Both the position numbers and the translations under genes were made by a program. 64,000 nt of DNA from Epithemia pelagica (Eukaryota > Protista > Bacillariophyta), in assembly GCA_946965045.2 (NCBI GenBank), contig OX337229.1:5580001-5644000 (forward strand), in the 5' to 3' direction. Below are positions 1 through 12,325 of the stretch, one piece after another. The notes under the pieces were generated by a model that had not been told where the DNA came from, ran no database searches, and was given only the letters and a program-made list of their open reading frames with translations. Position 1 is the stretch's first letter; each line of letters begins with the position of its first letter.

Positions 1-2
1 GG

Positions 3-299
3 AACGGCCGAGGTAACCTCAACAGCTTTGCCAAACGTGCTCATGCTCAATGGAGGTCGGACCGAGGTTTGCCACCCCTTGCTCTCGTTGGCCAAAGGAA
101 AGCACCCGTACCGCGTCGACGAGGGAGAAGACAATTGTTCGATGAACAAGCCCTAGACCATGCTATGAGAGGTTTCCTCTACGATTTTGGAGTAGTGGCA
201 TTGGCAGTCGCCTATTTCATATTTCATTATGGTAAGGAAATCTATGACCTTCTTGCGGAATGGTTTGATTGGTGCGACGAGCTTTTCCATGGTCACTGA
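3..299 (+). CDS. 3' end of a hypothetical protein with a C-terminal hydrophobic segment (5'-partial)
   Basis: Frame open from base 3 to TGA at 297-299; contains hydrophobic FGVVALAVAYFIFHY. No recognisable family. Confidence 0.35.
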   Translation, partial: NGRGNLNSFAKRAHAQWRSDRGLPPLALVGQRKAPVPRRRGRRQLFDEQALDHAMRGFLYDFGVVALAVAYFIFHYGKEIYDLLAEWFDWCDELFHGH

Positions 300-733
300 A
301 GATATTTCGAACCATAGAATTTATGATTTATTTGTAGAGTAATGAACTTAGAACATCCTTTCCATGACTTTCTATTTCGACGCTATGCTATGTTTCGACG
401 TTGAGATGAGGAGGAGTCACAGACGGCGGGACTGCCGCCAACCACGACTTCTCCGTACTATTTAATCCATAGTGTATCCTTTCCGAGTGGTTGTGCATGG
501 CGGCAACAGTTGCCCACCAAACACCAAACGCAATTACATCCGATTCAATCATCAACGGGTGAACAGCAAGGAGACTTGGCGAGTTGCCTTTCTATCGGAT
601 CAACTCTGATTATTCTTTTTTGCAATCTCGCAAGTCGCTTTTGAAAGAATAGGCAGGCAGGAGGGGCATCACTTTTGAGTTTGGAATCTCGGCTGTTGCA
701 TCTTTCGTCGCTACGACAAGTAAACTCTATACC

Positions 734-1075
734 ATGAAGGGACATTCGCTGCTATTATTGATCATTTTGGGAAGTCTATCGAAGGTTCATGCATTCACAA
801 CGAAGAAGAATGAAGCCACAAGACCAGCATTCGCTGCCAACGGAAATAATAATAACAACAACAATAACAAGCTGGAGCCATCACCAGCACCTCAACAGAG
901 CACCGGGAACACAGCCGCGTTTGCGTTTTCACCTGCCAATGTTCCAGCGTCTTACAGCACAGCTCAACCATCCGTGGACGAGGTTGAAGACGAAGTTGTG
1001 ATTGGCTATGCAGTGGCAATTGTGTCTTGTGCAGTATCCTTGGCGCTGGGATTTGGACTTGGATACGGTACATAA
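734..1075 (+). CDS. Small protein with signal/bipartite leader, poly-N tract and a C-terminal single transmembrane helix
   Basis: 113 aa ORF; hydrophobic N-terminus ending VHA-F (ASAFAP-like cleavage site); C-terminal VVIGYAVAIVSCAVSLALGFGLGYGT. Confidence 0.55.
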   Translation: MKGHSLLLLIILGSLSKVHAFTTKKNEATRPAFAANGNNNNNNNNKLEPSPAPQQSTGNTAAFAFSPANVPASYSTAQPSVDEVEDEVVIGYAVAIVSCAVSLALGFGLGYGT

Positions 1076-1624
1076 ATGCAGTTTTGGTGATGGCTTTGAT
1101 TGACAACAAGATCGAAGTGTCGTCATATATCCTGAGGGTTGGACTATATTTGAGCTTGACGCTAATGATGTGTAACATTGTATTTTAGTTATTGTGTTAA
1201 TGCAATAAAATAGAAGAAGGGATTACGACCTTCATTTGTCTTCTAGGTAGTCGAAGCCACACCGCTGCCACAGGATGCCCTGAAGTTCCTGATGGTGGCA
1301 CGAGTCAGGATATTTCAAATATCCTGGACTTTCGTTCGCTATTTAGTGGATCTATGGACCCCAAGGAACTAAATTGACCGCCATTGTTGGTCCTACTCCT
1401 AGCTAGGGAAACTATGTACTAGAGGGCGAATCTACCACTTGCGTCTGGTCGACAATATGACTCAGCCGCAGTTCCTAGCCACAACCTATCGCTCAGAAAG
1501 ATCTGCTACCTTCAAGTTGCCCACAGAAAGCGACCCGGATACATATCTTCACGCATTTGACAACTTCGAGCGAGTGCGTGTTTCCGTCACGTCCAGAACA
1601 CTTTCGCTCTATCCATATTCAACC

Positions 1625-2656
1625 ATGTACTTCTCAACTTCTTGCGTCTTTGCCCTTGTTGCCTCGGCTTCGGCCTTTGCCCCGGCTCCTTCTGCCACAG
1701 TGAGTGCTGGTGTTGCCTTGAAGTGGTCTAGCGAATAGATGTAGGAAAGTGGTATGATGGAGATTTGATGCTCACCGCCTTTACCGTTGTTTTTTGTGAC
1801 GTAGCGCAACACCGAGTTGCAAATGGCCTTGAAGGATGACCTTGCCAACATCGGAAAGGTCGCCGCCGCTGGTGCCGTTGCCTTCGGTATTGCCGCCGCC
1901 CCCGCACATGCCATCACCAAGTCCGAATTGAACGAGCTCTCTTACTTGCAAGTTAAGGGAACTGGTCTTGCCAACCGATGTGCCGAAGTCGTCGGTGAGG
2001 ACAGCATCACCCCCAAGTCTGGTGCCAGACTTGTGGAGATGTGCATCGAACCTAAGGCCTGGGCTGTTGAGGAAGAAATCGGAAAGGCCGGAAAGACCGA
2101 AAAGAAATTCGTCAACTCCAAGGTCATGACCCGCCAAACATACACCCTTGAGGGTATTGAGGGAGACCTCTCCACCGCCGGAGGAAGCATCGTCTTCTCC
2201 GAAAAGGAAGGTATTGACTACGCCCCCACCACCGTCCAATTGCCAGGAGGTGAACGTGTCCCCTTCCTTTTCACCGTTAAGGACTTGGTTGCCAAAGGAA
2301 ACGGCGGCTCCTTCAAGCCTGGATTCCAAATGGGCGGTGACTTCACCACTCCTTCTTACCGTACTGGTCTTTTCCTTGACCCCAAGGGACGTGGTGGAAC
2401 CACCGGCTACGACATGGCTGTCGCTCTTCCTGGTCTTCAATCTGGAGAAGAGGGTGATGACGAACTCTTCAAGGAAAACAACAAGACTTTCGATGTCACC
2501 ACTGGCCGCATTGAGATGGAAGTGAACAAGGTCAACGCCGAAGAATCTGAAATCGGCGGTGTTTTCGTTGCCACTCAACTTGGTGACACTGACATGGGAT
2601 CGAAGGTCCCAAAGAAGGTGCTCACAAAGGGTATCTTCTACGCTCGTGTTGAGTAA
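1625..2656 (+). CDS. psbO: Photosystem II oxygen-evolving enhancer protein 1 (PsbO), join(1625..1699,1805..2656)
   Basis: Exon 1 MYFSTSCVFALVASASAFAPAPSAT has the ASAFAP motif; intron GTGAGT...GTAG keeps the frame; mature sequence YLQVKGTGLANRC, EGIDYAPTTVQLPGGERVPFLFTVK, YRTGLFLDPKGRG is PsbO. Confidence 0.97.
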
Positions 2657-3129
2657 GTTTTTTGCGATGGTTACCAAATAACGAGTCAACATGCTAGTGC
2701 AGCGGAAACTCCAATCGTGCTACTCGAAAGTGCAGTGCGCGGCTTAGTGGTAGCGATGTTCTAGAGCGTTTTTTCCTAGTCCCAATTACTGCACCATGAT
2801 ACTTCTAAGCTTTTCTTAGGTTATTTCTGTTAGTGGAGTATGTTTCGAGTCTCTTTTAGTCCGTTGCTATGGCCCAGGACCATGGGTAATTCGAAACTTC
2901 GGTAGCGCTATATGGAACATAAGCTGTGGCTAACCGAATCGGCATTTCGTCTGCAGCACTTCATCAGAAGTCTGAACGCAACAAGCGAGGAGAAGAGGGA
3001 AACAACAATTCCCCAGCTACATAAGCACCATAATAACGGGAGTAAGTAATAACAAGCTCAATCTCACAAGGTAGTTTGGCTTCAAATTATAAAAGTGATC
3101 TTTATTATATTATATTTTCCACAACGAGA

Positions 3130-4053
3130 TTAGGCTTCACGTCCAACCAAGGGCATTTTGTTCACGTAGGTGTCTTGTCCAGAAATCATATTCATGCAGC
3201 TGATACCAATAAGCGTAATGACAACAAATAGAAGGAAGAAAAGAAGTCCGGCAAAAATATTAGGCGTCATGCTGACATAGTATGTTCCACTAATGTCATC
3301 ATCGGCAGCGTCCGCGGCATCATCTCCTTGATTGTTCGCATCATCCAACCTACGGCGTGACTGAACCATCCGGGCTCCTTCCTTTTCCATGAGCACACGG
3401 CGTCGATAAACAAGCAAATCACGGGCATACTTGACCTCCGAAACAGATCGCACGGAAGAGAGAACGACGGATCCTACATGTTTCGATTCAATTGCATGCT
3501 GGACCGCACCATCCAAGGCCGAAGCACCGGATCGAACGGGAACGTCCACAACAAGAACTTTGGCGTCCTTCAATGCCCGACTTCTTTTGTTCATACCATG
3601 AACACTCTTTGAAACCATACCATTCGAAGCAACCTCCATGGCTTCTTCGTGCGGGTATGACATAGAATCGATTTTGCTAGCAAATTCATCCAGAGTCACT
3701 TGGAGCGCAGGACCCTTTCCAACACGACTCGCCATGGTGGTGACGGATTGGGCATTCTGGACATTGGAAACATGATGGTGCACACAGTGTGCGTGTTCCG
3801 CCTTAGATGCTACATTTGGGAGAGCACCGGAAGACGTCCATGAGGTCAACGCTTCATCGCCATTGTCCTGGCGTTTCAGCAAAAAGACTACATTGATTCC
3901 ATCCGAAGAAAATGAATCATTCATAACCTTTTCAAATGAAACATCATCCGAATGATGAATTGTTCCTTTAGCGGAGGGTTCATTTCTCCATATCAATGCA
4001 GGGGCGGCCTGAGCAGCGGAAAGAAACGAAAGGAACGCTGCAACAGTCTTCAT
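3130..4053 (-). CDS. Type I membrane protein resembling V-ATPase accessory subunit Ac45/VOA1
   Basis: ATG at 4053 gives signal peptide MKTVAAFLSFLSAAQA; C-terminal MTPNIFAGLLFFLLFVVITLIGISCMNMISGQD followed by a short tail resembles the Ac45/VOA1 transmembrane region (recognised by eye). Confidence 0.6.
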   Translation of the reverse strand: MKTVAAFLSFLSAAQAAPALIWRNEPSAKGTIHHSDDVSFEKVMNDSFSSDGINVVFLLKRQDNGDEALTSWTSSGALPNVASKAEHAHCVHHHVSNVQNAQSVTTMASRVGKGPALQVTLDEFASKIDSMSYPHEEAMEVASNGMVSKSVHGMNKRSRALKDAKVLVVDVPVRSGASALDGAVQHAIESKHVGSVVLSSVRSVSEVKYARDLLVYRRRVLMEKEGARMVQSRRRLDDANNQGDDAADAADDDISGTYYVSMTPNIFAGLLFFLLFVVITLIGISCMNMISGQDTYVNKMPLVGREA

Positions 4054-4376
4054 TGTTGATTGCTTGTTGTTGGTTGTTGGCGGTGCAGCGGCGCTCGCCT
4101 GCAGGCAAGGGTTGGGTGTCGCACGCGACACGTCCTGATTTATACCATCCGCGCCAACATTTATGCTTTATTCAGCACTGAAGGTTTGTATATAGACAAT
4201 GCTTTCCGCGACCAAAACGATTCTCATGACCATCATTAGGGATAGGGGTAGTTCCACTTCGCAGTCCGGACGAACCTCAGACGGTTGAAGCCAACAAGGA
4301 CACTTGAACCCCTTGGATACGCACGCCAAATCACTACTCCCATCAAAAGTTTTCTCTAGTAATTCCTTTCTTGACC

Positions 4377-5117
4377 ATGAAGATCGCTGTTGCCCTTTCC
4401 CTTATTTCCGGCGCCGCCGCCTTCTCACAGGTAAGTAATTGGCATGCCTGATTGTGAAGGTTCGAGGGAGATTGCAGTTTACGTGTTTTCAGTTGGAATT
4501 GTCCGTCTCACATTTAGCCAATACCGACTCGTCGTTTCTCTTTGGACATGTATGACGTATGACCACAGGAAGCTTCCCGACGTGAAGCGATCTCCACTGG
4601 AGCCGCCTTCGCCGGAGCCGCCTTCCTTCCTGCCGCTGCCCAGGCCGCCGTTGGTGAATCTCCCCGATTCTCCGTTTTCGGATTGCTCGGTGACGGAACC
4701 GCCATGTCTGAGGGTGCCGCTTACGGATCTGACCAAGCAGCCGCCACATACTCCCCTTACTCTGTCTACGGAGAAGTTGGAGCCTCTGATGCCCTCTATG
4801 ACAAATCCAATGCCGCATACGCTGACCGCAAAAAGGCCATCTTGGCCGAATCCTCCAAGCGTTTGGCAAAGCTCCCTGCTTACGTTGACAAGAAGCAATG
4901 GTTCAACGTCCGTGACGAACTCACCCGATACATGTACGAAACCCGTGGTGCCGTCCGAGGACTTGCCACCAGTGCCGACCAAAAGAAGGCCGCCACTGCT
5001 TTCTTCAAAGCAATTGAAGCCACTGACCTCGCTGCCGCACGTAAGAACCAAGACGCATGCATGGCCGCCGCCAAGGCCTCCTCTGCTGCCCTTGATGCGT
5101 TTGTCGCCACTCTTTGA
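4377..5117 (+). CDS. psbQ: Photosystem II extrinsic protein PsbQ' (OEE3), join(4377..4430,4569..5117)
   Basis: Exon 1 MKIAVALSLISGAAAFSQ; GTAAGT...CAG intron; thylakoid transfer signal SRREA...AAQA; mature AVGESPRFSVFGLLGDGT...WFNVRDELTRYMYETRGAVRGLA matches diatom PsbQ'. Confidence 0.93.
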
Positions 5118-5706
5118 GCAACTTCCGTGTATGACTGAAGCGTGCTAGTATTAGTTAGGGAGTTACTGATTGGAGAACTAACCATACCTTTTTTGCACCA
5201 GCATGGTCTGATGCATTGGTGGTTGTTGCACCTGAATTATTTTACACTAGAGAAGCTTGGAATCTCTCCCACCATGTGTATTGAACCATTGCATTGTTTG
5301 GTCTTGTTTTATAGGAAGACCATCATTTCATTGTTGCCTACTTTTGTTTGTTGTGGAGCGTTTTCCATCGTACCATTAACCTGTATCACTGCCAACCATA
5401 CCAGTTAACTTGACAAGCAGTTGTGACTTGAGGCTTCCGCAACTCTATGATGATATCACTTATCGCATGGGACGTCTTGGGTCTCTCTCGTTTCTTGGGT
5501 CACTACTCAACCTCAAGAATCAAGAAACGGAGTGTTGGTATGGGGACTTGGGACTTGGATTGACAATGACAATCTCGAGGGCGGGTAGCTTTGCCAGTCG
5601 GGGTAGCTCTCGATAGTGCTCATATCCTATTTGTCCAACAAACAGCACAGGTATCTTTGATCCCCTTCTCCGCACTGGGAGGGAACAGTTGACAACAGAA
5701 TTGACA

Positions 5707-6024
5707 ATGATTCGATATCTGATGCTTGCGTCCCGTCACCTGGAGCAACGGTTGCTTCAGTTCCTCATGCCTCAGTACGCGCTTGCAGGTATAGGACCGG
5801 TCGTGATGGATTCACCACCTTCGCCTTCCACACTGCCAAACCCAGCGTTATGGTTCGCTGTGCCCAAGAACCGAACGACGAGACGGAGAAAGCGCGTCAA
5901 GAATTGGAACAAAAGACAAATCTACATCAAACAGAACATAATTCGAGACCCTCGCACAGGAGAACTGACATTGATGCACCGAATGCCCTTCAACTGGAAA
6001 GATTATTTGCCGAAAGTCAGCTAA
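5707..6024 (+). CDS. mrpl32: Mitochondrial ribosomal protein bL32m
   Basis: ATG at 5707; presequence followed by FAVPKNRTTRRRKRVKN, the bL32 AVPK basic motif. Confidence 0.8.
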   Translation: MIRYLMLASRHLEQRLLQFLMPQYALAGIGPVVMDSPPSPSTLPNPALWFAVPKNRTTRRRKRVKNWNKRQIYIKQNIIRDPRTGELTLMHRMPFNWKDYLPKVS

Positions 6025-6527
6025 TTGCGATAACTACTGGGCTTTCTTCAGCAGGACAAAACCACCAACGATGAACGAATGCAGTACCCGTTGAGAAAAG
6101 ATGAGAGTAAAATTTTCCAGCTTTGGTCTATCAAGATTGTTGATCAAGATCGTGAATAGTTCCAGGCCTCTCGAAAAAACGAAGTCTTCCAGACACTGTA
6201 AGAATATAAGAATTCATTTTGCTGCACATTGCGTATCGATCATTATGAATGGAGAGTTGTGCATGAGCAAAGACAATTTGACCTCCTGGATTGCTTCGAC
6301 GTATCGAAGATCATCCATTTCCTTGTGACAAAGTCCACAGTTTTTCATGGACAATGGCAATGACTTTCACCTATCATATGGCTTCACGATTTCCATTCCT
6401 GTTGATCCGAGAGAAAGCTAGACAAATGTTCCTCGTGGCGATCACAACAAATGATGCTTTATACCTCTATCGTAATGCCACACTTCTTCTCTACTACCAG
6501 AATAACTCTGCATTCTGCCGATTAAAG

Positions 6528-9063
6528 CTACATTGCCGGTGCACCTTCTTCGTCACCTTGTTCAATAGGCTGAAAGCCATAATCGTACGTACCAGCTTGA
6601 CGCTCGGCCTCTTCCTCTTGTTGGAGCTGCTCCATAGCCTTTCGCCACTCTTGGTCAATTTGATTGGCTGATTCCACATTTGGGTTATATACTACAGATT
6701 GACTCAACGTCTGAGACATTTCCCTTGCTAATTCTGCCGGAGTACTTCCCTGCGTTTCGGGCAACACGGTTGCTGTAAAGACGAATATTCCCAGTAGAAC
6801 AGCTGCAAATGGTCCAAACGACCATGCACCCAAATATTTATTCATGTATGGGAAGACAAGTCTGTATATACATCGACAGTCATGTTTGGAGTAGATGTTA
6901 GACCAGTCTGCAAGTTTTGCGGAAAAAATGATGATGATCATGGACTTACCCAACCACAAAGTTGCAGGCCCAGTTGAGTTGGGATGATGTTGACATGGCG
7001 ACTGCGATATACTTGCCACTAAACATTTCTGCGACAATCAACCAAGGAATTGGACCTAGTCTGGAGAGGGTCGGACGCCAAGTGAGTTATCCATCGAGAA
7101 ACGCAAAAACAGACATTGAAATCAAGGGATCTTACCCAAACTCGAAGAAAATGACGTAGGCGTTCACAGCCGCCAATGCAACTAGAGACAAAACAAACAA
7201 TGAGTTCTTTCTGCCGAGTTCTTGTATCGAGGAGAAAGTGGCCACAAGACATGTGCGTCAAAGAGTTACGTACCCAGTTTCTCGAATGCCCCCAATAGCG
7301 TTGCTACAATAACCACAGAACTGAAGAACATTCCGGCTGTTGACCAGAGGATAAGTGTTCTTCTTCCACATCGATCCATCAGAAACAGAACAGCATACGT
7401 AGCCAGCACATTAACTGCACCGACAATGGTGGTCCCCACCAATGGATTCTCAATTCTGTCGACAACACAAGATATGGTCAGTGTTGATATTGTCATTAAC
7501 GCAGGGGTCATGTCATCTGTTGATACCAGCCCACTTACACTCCGTCAAAGAAGGATGTCGAGTAGTAGAAGACTGCATTGATTCCAGAAAACTGTTGTCC
7601 CATTTGTAACACGAATGAGGAAATCAAGAGAATCCTCGTTTTCCGTTGCGACCACATCTCGGCCAAGACGCCCAATTGCGATGATTGTTCTTGTTGTTGA
7701 GCAGCACCTCCCATCATGAAATGCCCTACTTCCGTCTCCACTTCATGGTCGTATCGCAGACCACGAAGAGATTTAATGATATACCTGGCCTTGAGCGATT
7801 TTGGATCTCGTCCAAGCAGCCATCGAGGAGACTCGAGCAACAGGGGCGACATGAGCAATTGTACAAAGGCAACGGCTGGTGTTACAGCAAAGAGAATTCT
7901 CCATTTGCCCACTTCCGCAAACGGAAATGCAAGCAAGTTGGCAACAAGAATTCCCACGACCAAGGCAAATTGTGTAATGGTTCCCAACATACCACGTAGA
8001 CTGGGTGGTGCCAACTCTCCCAAATAAATGGGCACCAGCACGGAACTATAGCCACTGGCGAATCCAATGACAAAACGAGCCGCAATAATGGTAAACATGT
8101 CGAGAGCAAATGTCTGCATGAGACCTCCTACCAGAAATGTCCACGTGTCAATGAGCAGCGCACCTCGCCGTCCTCGTTGATCGGCCATTTTCCCTCCAAA
8201 GATGGCTCCCAATGGGCCACCTACGGCAAATGCCGCCACCGCAAGCGACCATGACAAGGTTGAGTGTTCTGGAAACACGACCTTCTCAGGAGCATTCATG
8301 ACACCTGTATTGTAGCTGTACGTTCAAACCAACAATCATTATCAAGGTGAGGGGGATGCAAACTCGAAACTCCCAATGCCCTTTGAAAGGCTCGTGATCC
8401 AAGCTCCACAAAATAAAAACACCATACGGCATAACGGCCTAACGTACCCAACAAGGAACTGACACATTGCAGCAACAGCAATTGCAAACACCAGCGGAAT
8501 CGTCACGACATTGGCATCGAATTCGAGCTCGTCCATGATAAACATGCTGGCTCGTGACATGCGAGCACTTCGTTCCTCTTCGGTCAAATCGGCCGAATCA
8601 TGGACTTCCATTTCGGCAGCCGTCAAGGCAAATGCTTGTGAAATGGAGCGCACATTTCGTTGCAATCCAAAGACAGCCTGAAAAGGAACTTCAATGTAGA
8701 GCTCTTGTCGACCCATTTGGGTCGGCGTCAAGTAGGACGGTGTCCCATCGGCCGATACGGAATAGGATTTCGGTAGCCCCTTGACCTGAGGTGGTTGTTT
8801 AAAGGAAAAAGTCCCGAGACTCTGCGTTCCACCCAACGCTCCAATCGAAGCGGATCGCCCTGCACGATTGACAAGAGAGTTATACTCGCCTCCTCCCAGA
8901 GGGACGGAATACTGCCGATCCAAGAATCCAAGGATCCAAAGGTGAGTGACCAAGATTCCGTACACTTGATTGAACCATCAGCGCACATATAAATGTTGGT
9001 TCCCGTGATTCCTACCTGACCGTCTAAAAGACGAATTTCCTCTTCCGTCTTTGGCTTATTCAT
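6528..9063 (-). CDS. MFS sugar porter (GLUT-like), 7 exons: 9063-9016, 8911-8448, 8315-7539, 7455-7274, 7181-7136, 7060-6950, 6861-6528 (653 aa)
   Basis: All six introns GT...AG; spliced length 1962 nt keeps one frame; motifs [65 protein letters not shown]. Start codon uncertain (in-frame ATG also at 9297). Confidence 0.92.
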
Positions 9064-9358
9064 GTCGTTTAATTGCTTTGAGCTTTGAGACCTATGATTT
9101 CCTCTGTCGTCTGTCGTCTCTCTCGTGTTCGTGTCGTCGTCGAATCTTCTTGGAGGGCGAATGCCCGAGGATCTCTTCTGGGATGGACGCACGGATCCGT
9201 CTGTAAGGCGTCGGTCGGCATGGGGCCTTGTTCTTCTCGTTTCTCGTCTCTCGTCACAAAATCTTTGAATGATCTCACAATCAAACGGGTGATCCATCCA
9301 AAGTCCAAAGTTGCTTGAGTAGGAGGAGGACTATCGAAGTCCCATCCTACCAGTGACA

Positions 9359-12185
9359 ATGTTTAGAAATCATGTAATACCCACAAAGTCAAGGCTTTTC
9401 GTCTTTTTGCGTGCCGCGATTGTTTGGAACCGGGAAAGGCATGGCGCTTGGGCATTTGTTTCGAATGGCCCGGCGGTTTCGCACTATCATGTTTCTCCCT
9501 TCCAACAAATTTTGAGTCGATTGACGGAGGAAGAAAAGAAAACTGTCAGCAATGATATAGCTGAAAAAATCGTAAAAAATATTGATTCACAACGCGAAAA
9601 CAACAACCTTGAGGAAGAGGACGAAAAGAAAACACTGAAGGAGTTATGGGAAGGGATTCGGAAATGGATCAATAGCGGCAAAGAGGAGGACTTGAATTCA
9701 TTTTTGGATTTGACACTAAAGCCTATGAGTGTTGCTGGTGGTGAGGAAATGTTGAACGATGCAGTCACAGGGCAAATGATGGAGGATTCGGTAGGAGAGA
9801 CAGAATCCAAAGATGATATCCTGCGTCAAAGTGAGTTTTTGAGGAGACTTATTGAGGGGCTAAAAAAGAGGGAAAACAGGAGAGAGATTAGAGATTGGGA
9901 TAATGTTGTGACGTATCTTTCTGGGGAAAAATCAGCGCAAAGTTTGTTATGATGACGCAAGGAGAGACGAGTTTGATTCCATCATCACACGTGCTGTCAA
10001 AATTCAAGAGATTCTAACCACGTTTTCGGACGTCGCCAGCGGCAAGGAGAAAGTAATAAAAGAAACAAAAAGACTCGGCGCCTCGGAATTGAATGAGATA
10101 CTTGGGGCGTATACTCTCAAGAGACTGAAGGCTGAAATTCCGTCGCCAAAACCCTTGAAAGACATTGAAGAAGAAGAAGATGAAAGAATTGTGAAGCCTT
10201 CGACATTGTATGTGGACACAGAAGTAGCTACTAGTAACAATCCCTTTGGAACACGTGTGGACAAAGAGTTCGCTATAGTGGTGGCAGGAGAAAGTGGGAG
10301 TGGCAAAAGCGTTTTCTCATGCCAAAAAGCACGAGAAAATGGCTTTTTGGTGTTGTACAAGCGTCTAAATACCGAGTCTTTCAGGATTCGAGAAAAGAGA
10401 GTTCTAGAAGCCCCCATCGAGTATCCCCAAGTCTGTGAACTTCTACGAAAGTTGATAGTATGTTGCGGCGAGATCAAAAGTGGAGAATCCGACGTGGCGG
10501 CTGGTTTGGCGTGGATGAAATCCACTCTGAACGAAAGCAGGAATCAATGGGCCTTCGACGTATTCAGAAACGCATATAGTGCTATAAAATCAGACAAGGA
10601 GCCGTATGTTCAGAAATGGCTTGAGGGTGAATTTCCAAAGAATGAAAGACCTGAAAAGGTGGCCATCGTCATCGATGAAGCAACAAACATTGACCTTGTG
10701 GAGGGTCTTGTCTCTTGCGTCGAGGAAATAATTGAACTTCACAGGTATCTTGTACGTCCTAAAGGGCGCGTGCAACTCGTTCTTGTTGGAACTGGCACAG
10801 ACGCCATCCACAGAGGTCAAGTCGGCACGAGTCCGAGCCTTGTCAAGATAGTAACAATGAAGCAACCAAATTTAGAAAAGATGCTGCGGAAGGAGCAGGA
10901 ATTGCACAATGCTGTGAAGGCTGCTCTTGAGGTCAGATATTGCCGCATTCTGAGGACCAATGCCAGGATGTTCTTTCGAGGAGTCTTACCAATCCTACGT
11001 GCTAAAGAACATGAGGTAGATGCATATGGTGTGACCACAAAAGAAACACGCTATACGGAACGACTGAAAGCCATTACGTCTTATCAGCACATAATGGACT
11101 ACCCTGTGCGGTACTATTTGCGAACCAATACTGTGGGTGAGTTGGAAAACCAGGATCGGGAACTATTGCTACGTTGCGCATTTGTCTACCACCAGGAGGA
11201 GGCACTGAATAAAGCGATCAACCAGTCGAACGACAAGACCAGGAATGAACTGGAGTCCCAACTTGAGAGTCATTTGATGAATGTGAAGAACGCTTTGTAC
11301 AACAATGTTATCCAAGAAAAAGGAGAGCCAAGTGAGGGATCGGGAGTCGCAAAAGGAGGTGATTCGGAAGGTTCCAATGACAAGAACGTTGCCATGGAGC
11401 TGTTTTTCGAGGAGAAATACGACACCTTATTTGAGAAGGGACTGGTAAGAAGGAATGGCACATCCAACGCCCTGAAGTACTTGTCGTGCTCCGGGATTAC
11501 GAAATTGTTGCTTCCATCAATGGGAAACCAGTTTGAGGAGGTCGTATCTCTTCACTGTATGAGGCTATTTGAGGTGCAAGGATATGCAACCGAAACACAC
11601 GAGTTAGAGAATGGGTGGCCACGAAGCCGTCGGAAGAATGAAGAAATGCGCGAAGAGGATTTGAAGAAAGAACTGTCGGAACTTGCTCTTAAAGAGCCTT
11701 TTTTCAGCCAAAACGAAGTGAAAAACAACACTTGCTTTGTAGTATCCCAGGGGGTACCAAATGCCCAAGGACCAGATTTGTTTGTTGTTCTGGTGGACAA
11801 GGAGTGGAACGTGACTATTTTGGCGATTCAGTGCAAACACTATGCTCGGTTACATTCCAATCTCAATGACTGGTGCCTATCTCTGGGCATTGGCAACACT
11901 GAAAGCTCCAACAAAGAAACTAAACAGAAGAAGGAGATTTCCAAACAGTGGTCTGCTGTTGCAGTCCAAAGCTTTCAGACAGAGGTAGAGACACTGGTAA
12001 CAAGAAATGAAAATGCCGAACCACCCAAGAGTATTGAAACAAAACGAATTTTGGCAGTGTCCAACTCTTTTACGGAGGTGAATAATTTCGCAATGCCAAA
12101 GGGGCTAGATTCGATTTGGTTCAAAGAACATTTGGAGCCCACAATTTCTGCCTTGGATTTACAACCAACTCCAGCACGTCCATAA
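9359..12185 (+). pseudogene. Crinkler-like P-loop NTPase + PD-(D/E)xK nuclease gene with Tic20-derived leader, copy A; +1 frameshift at 9927-9931 (941 aa if corrected)
   Basis: Walker A GESGSGKS, Walker B VAIVIDEA, C-terminal GPDLFVV...AIQCKH. GGGGAAAAATCAG has one more A than copy B (GGGGAAAATCAG), splitting the gene into ORFs 9353..9952 and 10089..12185. Confidence 0.8.
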
Positions 12186-12325
12186 AAGAGCGGAAGCACG
12201 GTTAGCACTGCAAAGGGACAGCAATAGGAGTGTTTCCCCAAACCCCAATCAACTCCAGCACCTTCACAAGGAGCGGAAGCACTGTCAACACCGCAAAGGG
12301 ACAGCAATAGGAGCGTTTCCCCAAA
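12166..12325 (+). repeat. Imperfect ~84-bp tandem duplication spanning the stop codon of the NTPase-nuclease gene (also present in unit 2 at ~17611-17770)
   Basis: CAACTCCAGCAC...GCAAAGGGACAGCAATAGGAG(T/C)GTTTCCCCAAA starts at 12166 and 12250. Confidence 0.85.

Noticed and set aside
1781-2692. 303-aa minus-strand ORF
   Set aside because: Antisense shadow of psbO with no independent motifs.
9921-9952. GGGGAAAAA as a programmed -1 frameshift site
   Set aside because: Restoring the frame needs +1, the heptamer is not in X XXY YYZ phase, and copy B simply has one A fewer; a mutation or homopolymer error is simpler.
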